Positions 8,048 through 12,112 of a DNA stretch of 12,112 nt are shown here, piece after piece. Made by a program: the position numbers and the translations under genes. Numbering within the stretch: the first letter of the stretch is position 1; each line of letters starts with the position of its first letter. The DNA comes from a virus (lineage: Duplodnaviria > Heunggongvirae > Uroviricota > Caudoviricetes): positions 1-12,112 of the IMG/VR virus record IMGVR_UViG_2526164632_000015, one strand, 5' to 3'. A model generated the notes under the pieces. It saw only the letters and a program-made list of their open reading frames with translations. It was not told where the DNA came from and made no database searches.

Positions 8048-9640
8048 GGATTATCTTCCGCACGCTCCGTCCGCAGTTTTTTCTTCCGGCGACGGCGTTT
8101 TTCTGCCCCGGCCGTCAGTTCCGGGGATACCGTTTCACCAGAACGCTCCTGCGGGAAGACGAGCCACGTTTCCCGCTGTGCCCAGTCCGGTGCGGAGGGC
8201 CAGCGGATCTTTTCGTAACCATGCAGAACGGCAAGCGCATCCGCATAAACCAGCAGGTCAAACGCCTCGTTAGCTCCCCTGCCCGGTTTTCGCCATTTTC
8301 CGTCACTGCCGCGCTCTTCATAGGTCAGCTCATCGTAAAACCATCGCCCCAGCCAGTCGGGAAAGTGGATATAGTTCGGCCCTGGTGTGTCACGCCACAG
8401 GGCATTATTTACACGGTCCTTAAACGCATCCGTCTGAACCAGCCACAGCGCGACATCGCCACTGGCTCTGGCACGGCGGGCACTTCTGCCGGTATTATCC
8501 GGGAAGGTACGGTTAATCAGCCTGTCACGGCGAAGTCCATCCCCCTTGAACAGAAACACCCTGTTGCCCAGTCCGTCACTCCGGCAACGACACCAGAAAC
8601 GATAGGCGTTATCTGTCACCCCGGCTTCCCCTCCCGTATCCACCGCCATGGCCATCAGACGCATGCGCACATCCGGATCAGAAGCCAGCGGCCATGTTTT
8701 ATGGAACACATCCGTCAGCAACAAATCCCAGTCCTCCGGATATGCCGCCGGATCAACCGGCAGACTTTCACCGTTGGGACTGCAGCGCAGTGAATGCCGG
8801 ATGTTATAGCGATCAACAATCCAGCGTTCCCCCTGCTCTCCGTATCCGGTGATCTGCACAACAAAACGGCGATTTTTACCGCCCTGTACGTCAACCGTTG
8901 CCTCAATAAAACGCACACCATCCGGCACAGATCGCCGGGGAAACGGCTCGGCACGCTGTTCAAGCAGTTCACTTTTACGCTGTTCCGTGGCTGAACGGGG
9001 CAGATAGGGGCGTCCGATATCGGTGTTCACCACCGCTTTCAGGGTCTCTTCACTGCCGGTTCGCTCATACTCTTCTTCTGCCGCCAGCAGTTTAAAAATC
9101 AGTTGTTCCCAGGTCTGAAACGCCGCAGCCGGCCCCTCCATCCAGAATGACGCAATCCGGGAATTTCGTGGCGTTCCGGTGATACTGCCGTCCGCCACCG
9201 CCCGTTCACCTTCACGAAGCCAGATCCCTTTGTTATTCAGTTCGCGTTTCTGCTCAGGGGCAATCAGCCCGCGACAATGCGGACACATCAGACGGGCAGC
9301 CTGACCGGCAGCCACAAAATCCGGGTTATTCCGGTATCCGGTCATGTTATCCATCACCGGCTGAAAATATTCCCCGCAGTGCGGACACGGCCAGTACCAC
9401 CGGCGGCGGTCTCCCCGGTTATACAGTGACAGGATCCCCGTTGTTGGCGGTGCCTCATGTGCGCCGCCACAGCGCCATTTGGTGTCAGTGATATCCCGCC
9501 CCGGCGAACTCTCGACCAGGGTCATCCCCGAGGACATAAAGGTGGTGGTACGCTTTGATGCCAGGGTGAAGGCATCCCCTTCCCCGTCCACGTTTTCAGG
9601 GAAACGGTCATAATCCGTCAGCGCCACACGACGGTAATCC
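8020..9640 (-). pseudogene. A: Terminase large subunit (lambda gpA family), N-terminally truncated by IS66 copy B
   Basis: About 540 codons of open frame with a CPHCGE...CPHC zinc-binding segment and a C-terminal region (IHFPDW..., NEAFDLLVYADALAVL) resembling lambda gpA. Typical gpA proteins are ~640 aa; the frame runs straight into the IS terminus at 9641. The ORF track extends it to 9723 only because the frame stays open by chance inside the IS. Confidence 0.8.
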
Positions 9641-9672
9641 GTAAGCGTCGTCTCAGCACCGTCTGGCAGATC
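9641..9672. repeat. Left terminal inverted repeat of IS66 copy B
   Basis: GTAAGCGTCGTCTCAGCACCGTCTGG...; matches the right-end reverse complement at positions 1-8 and across the CAGCACCGT region. Imperfect. Confidence 0.55.
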
Positions 9673-9721
9673 CTGAAATTCCTGAGAGAATAGTGGACAC
9701 CAAATATGGTGGACGCTATCC

Positions 9722-10126
9722 ATGAAATCATTAACCGCAGTGCGTAAAAAAAGCCCTAATTATCCCGTTGAGTTCAAAATCAAAATGGTTGAACTCTCGC
9801 ATCGACCAGAGATCTCCGTAGCGCAACTCGCTCGTGAGCATGGGATCAACGATAATTTGCTGTTCAAGTGGCGCCAGTACTGGCGCGAAGGAAAACTACG
9901 TCCTCCTTCAACAACAGAAAACAACGTGCCTGAGCTGCTCCCGATAACACTTGATGCCGAAGATGTTGTCCCTACAACCTCCCCCCGGTCACAACCTGTA
10001 GCTGCTGCGACACCTGAATCACTCAATATCAGCTGTGAAGTGACGTTCCGGCACGGATCACTCCGTCTGAATGGTGCCATCAGCGAAAATATCCTGAACC
10101 TGCTGATACGGGAGCTCAAACGTTGA
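9722..10126 (+). CDS. tnpA: IS66-family TnpA (orf1), small helix-turn-helix protein
   Basis: 134-aa ORF, first gene inside the IS, followed by tnpB with overlapping stop and start. The true start codon may be internal. Confidence 0.75.
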   Translation: MKSLTAVRKKSPNYPVEFKIKMVELSHRPEISVAQLAREHGINDNLLFKWRQYWREGKLRPPSTTENNVPELLPITLDAEDVVPTTSPRSQPVAAATPESLNISCEVTFRHGSLRLNGAISENILNLLIRELKR

Positions 10127-10470
10127 TCCCATTACCATCAGGGACAAAGATCTGGCTGGTCGCTGGCATCACCGATATGAGAAACGGCTTCAACGGCCTG
10201 GCGGCAAAGGTGCAGACGACGCTGAAAGACGATCCGATGTCAGGTCACGTTTTTATCTTCCGTGGGCGTAATGGCAGTCAGGTAAAGCTCCTCTGGTCTA
10301 CCGGCGATGGACTGTGTCTGCTGACCAAACGGCTGGAGCGCGGCCGCTTCGCCTGGCCGTCAGCCCGGGATGGCAAAGTGTTCCTCACACCGGCACAGCT
10401 GGCGATGCTGCTGGAAGGTATCGACTGGCGGCAGCCTAAAAGACTGCTTACGTCCCTGACTATGTTGTAA
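10123..10470 (+). CDS. tnpB: IS66-family TnpB (orf2)
   Basis: 115-aa ORF (MIPLPSGTKIWLVAGITDMRNGFNGLAAKV...). Apparent TTG start overlaps the tnpA TGA stop (TTGA), suggesting translational coupling. Confidence 0.8.
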   Translation: MIPLPSGTKIWLVAGITDMRNGFNGLAAKVQTTLKDDPMSGHVFIFRGRNGSQVKLLWSTGDGLCLLTKRLERGRFAWPSARDGKVFLTPAQLAMLLEGIDWRQPKRLLTSLTML

Positions 10471-10518
10471 GCCTCTTTATCCTGGTCGACGCTGAATGAG
10501 CCTGGTAATATACCCGGT

Positions 10519-12058
10519 ATGAGCAGCTCACTTCCTGACGATATCAATGCACTGAAACGTCTCCTTGCCGAACAGGAGGCGCTGAACCGTGCCCTGCTGG
10601 AAAAGCTGAACGAGCGTGAACGCGAAATAGACCATCTGCAGGCACAGCTGGATAAGCTGCGCCGGATGAACTTCGGCAGCCGCTCCGAAAAAGTCTCCCG
10701 TCGTATCGCACAGATGGAAGCTGACCTGAAGGCACTTCAGAAAGAAAGTGATACCCTTACCGGTCGGGTTGACGACCCGGCCGTGCAGCGCCCGCTGCGT
10801 CAAACCCGCACCCGCAAACCGTTCCCCGAATCACTCCCCCGCGATGAAAAACGGCTGCTGCCGGCAGCATCATGCTGCCCGGAATGTGGAGGCTCACTGA
10901 GCTATCTGGGTGAGGATGCCGCCGAACAGCTGGAGTTGATGCGCAGCGCCTTCCGGGTTATCCGGACTGTACGTGAAAAAGCATGCCTGTACTCAGTGCG
11001 ATGCCATCGTGCAGGCCCCCGCGCCTTCACGGCCCATCGAGCGGGGTATCGCAGGACCGGGGCTGCTGGCCCGCGTGCTGATCTCAAAGTATGCAGAGCA
11101 CACCCCGCTGTACCGCCAGTCTGAAATGTACGGCCGCCAGGGCGTGGAGCTGAGTCGTTCACTGCTGTCGGGCTGGGTGGATGCATGCTGCCGGCTACTG
11201 TCACCGCTGGAAGAAGCGCTTCAGGACTATGTGCTGACTGACGGTAAGCTCCATGCTGATGACACGCCTGTCCCGGTGCTGTTGCCAGGCAATAAGAAAA
11301 CGAAGACCGGGCGGTTATGGACCTACGTTCGTGACGACCGTAACGCCGGGTCAACGCTGGCGCCGGCGGTGTTGTTCGCTTACAGCCCGGACAGAAAAGG
11401 CATCCATCCGCAGACCCATCTTGCGGGGTTCAGTGGTGTACTGCAGGCGGATGCATACGCCGGGTTCAACGAGCTGTACCGGGATGGCCGGATAACGGAA
11501 GCCGCCTGTTGGGCTCACGCCCGCCGTAAAATCCACGATGTGCACGTTCGCACCCCGTCAGCCCTGACGGAGGAAGCGCTGAAACGGATCGGCGAACTGT
11601 ACGCCATCGAGGCAGAGATAAGGGGAATGACGGCGGAGCAGCGCCTTGCCGAACGTCAGTTGAAAACGAAACCGCTGCTGAAATCCCTGGAAAGCTGGCT
11701 GCGTGAAAAGATGAAAACCCTGTCGCGACACTCAGAACTGGCGAAAGCGTTCGCATACGCCCTGAACCAGTGGCCGGCGCTGACGTACTATGCAGATGAT
11801 GGCTGGGCTGAGGCGGACAATAACATCGCTGAAAATGCGTTGCGGATGGTCAGTCTGGGCCGCAAAAACTACCTGTTCTTCGGTTCGGATCATGGAGGAG
11901 AGCGGGGAGCGCTGCTGTACAGCCTGATCGGGACGTGCAAACTGAACGGAGTGGAGCCAGAAAGCTACCTCCGCTATGTCCTTGACGTCATAGCCGACTG
12001 GCCGATAAACCGGGTCGGCGAACTGCTCCCCTGGCGCGTAGCACTGCCGACTGAATAA
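10519..12058 (+). pseudogene. tnpC: IS66-family transposase TnpC (orf3) with a +1 frameshift at an A5 run (10976-10980)
   Basis: ORFs 10519-11124 and 10973-12058 together align colinearly with the intact copy A TnpC. Removing one A from the run restores ...[20 protein letters not shown]..., parallel to copy A ...[20 protein letters not shown]... Confidence 0.8.
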
Positions 12059-12095
12059 CACATCCCCGTCAATACGGTTCTTGCTGCACGCTTAC
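12059..12095. repeat. Right terminal inverted repeat of IS66 copy B
   Basis: ...CAATACGGTTCTTGCTGCACGCTTAC; shares the AGAACCGTATTGA core with the copy A right end. Confidence 0.6.
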
Positions 12096-12112
12096 CATCA
12101 AACATCGTGGTT

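Larger units (their letters stand above)
9641..12095 (+). mobile_element. IS66-family insertion sequence, copy B (both ends in window, ~2455 bp)
   Basis: Left end starts GTAAGCGT at 9641; right end finishes ...CGCTTAC at 12089-12095. Contains tnpA, tnpB and tnpC in the standard IS66 arrangement. Ends are imperfect inverted repeats (about 17 of 26 positions match). Confidence 0.85.

Noticed and set aside
7805-8994. + strand ORFs 7805-8218, 7938-8273, 8221-8793, 8794-8994 and minus-strand 8115-8321, 8715-8972 overlapping W and terminase
   Set aside because: They overlap the continuous terminase frame and gpW. Compositionally biased off-frame translations.
9611-9642. Octamer TAATCCGT occurring twice 16 bp apart just left of the IS copy B terminus, considered as a possible target-site duplication
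   Set aside because: Both copies are on the same side of the IS, so they cannot be its target duplication. Roughly five such chance octamer repeats within 30 bp are expected in 12 kb.
10976-10980. Programmed ribosomal frameshift as the explanation for the tnpC split
   Set aside because: No programmed frameshift is known for IS66-family TnpC, and copy A encodes the same protein in one frame. A one-base insertion or read error is simpler.
9760-11756. Minus-strand ORFs antisense to IS copy B genes (9760-10119, 10278-10547, 10528-10803, 10544-10735, 10902-11354, 11351-11545, 11466-11756, 11732-12061)
   Set aside because: Antisense to tnpA/tnpB/tnpC, whose identity is supported by colinearity with copy A. 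No evidence of function.
1-12112. Looked for CRISPR repeats, tRNA/attachment sites, toxin-antitoxin pairs or defence-type genes
   Set aside because: No regularly spaced direct repeats, no tRNA-like sequence, and every ORF longer than 90 codons that is not an obvious off-frame artefact is accounted for by IS66 genes or lambdoid structural genes.

Overview
This window is a decaying lambdoid prophage head-to-tail morphogenesis module (minus strand, 1804-9640) bracketed by two different IS66-family insertion sequences in the same (+) orientation. I found no evidence of a novel system: no CRISPR array, tRNA, defence-type gene or unexplained large ORF. IS element A (1-1803, left part outside the window) carries the tnpB 3' end and an intact tnpC. 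IS element B (9641-12095) carries tnpA, tnpB and a frameshifted tnpC. The phage genes between them, in lambda late-operon order from right to left, are: terminase large subunit (gpA-like, N-terminus cut off by IS B), gpW-like head-tail joining protein, a frameshifted portal gene, a fused ClpP-like protease/scaffold/major capsid gene, two small head proteins, then gpZ, gpU and gpV homologues, and a 13-codon remnant of the tail chaperone gene G cut by IS A. The main interest is in how the prophage has been inactivated: two IS insertions plus two single-base homopolymer frameshifts. All homology calls are from reading the translations and recalling protein families; no database search was run. 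Gene content suggests an Enterobacteriaceae host (E. coli/Shigella/Salmonella-like).
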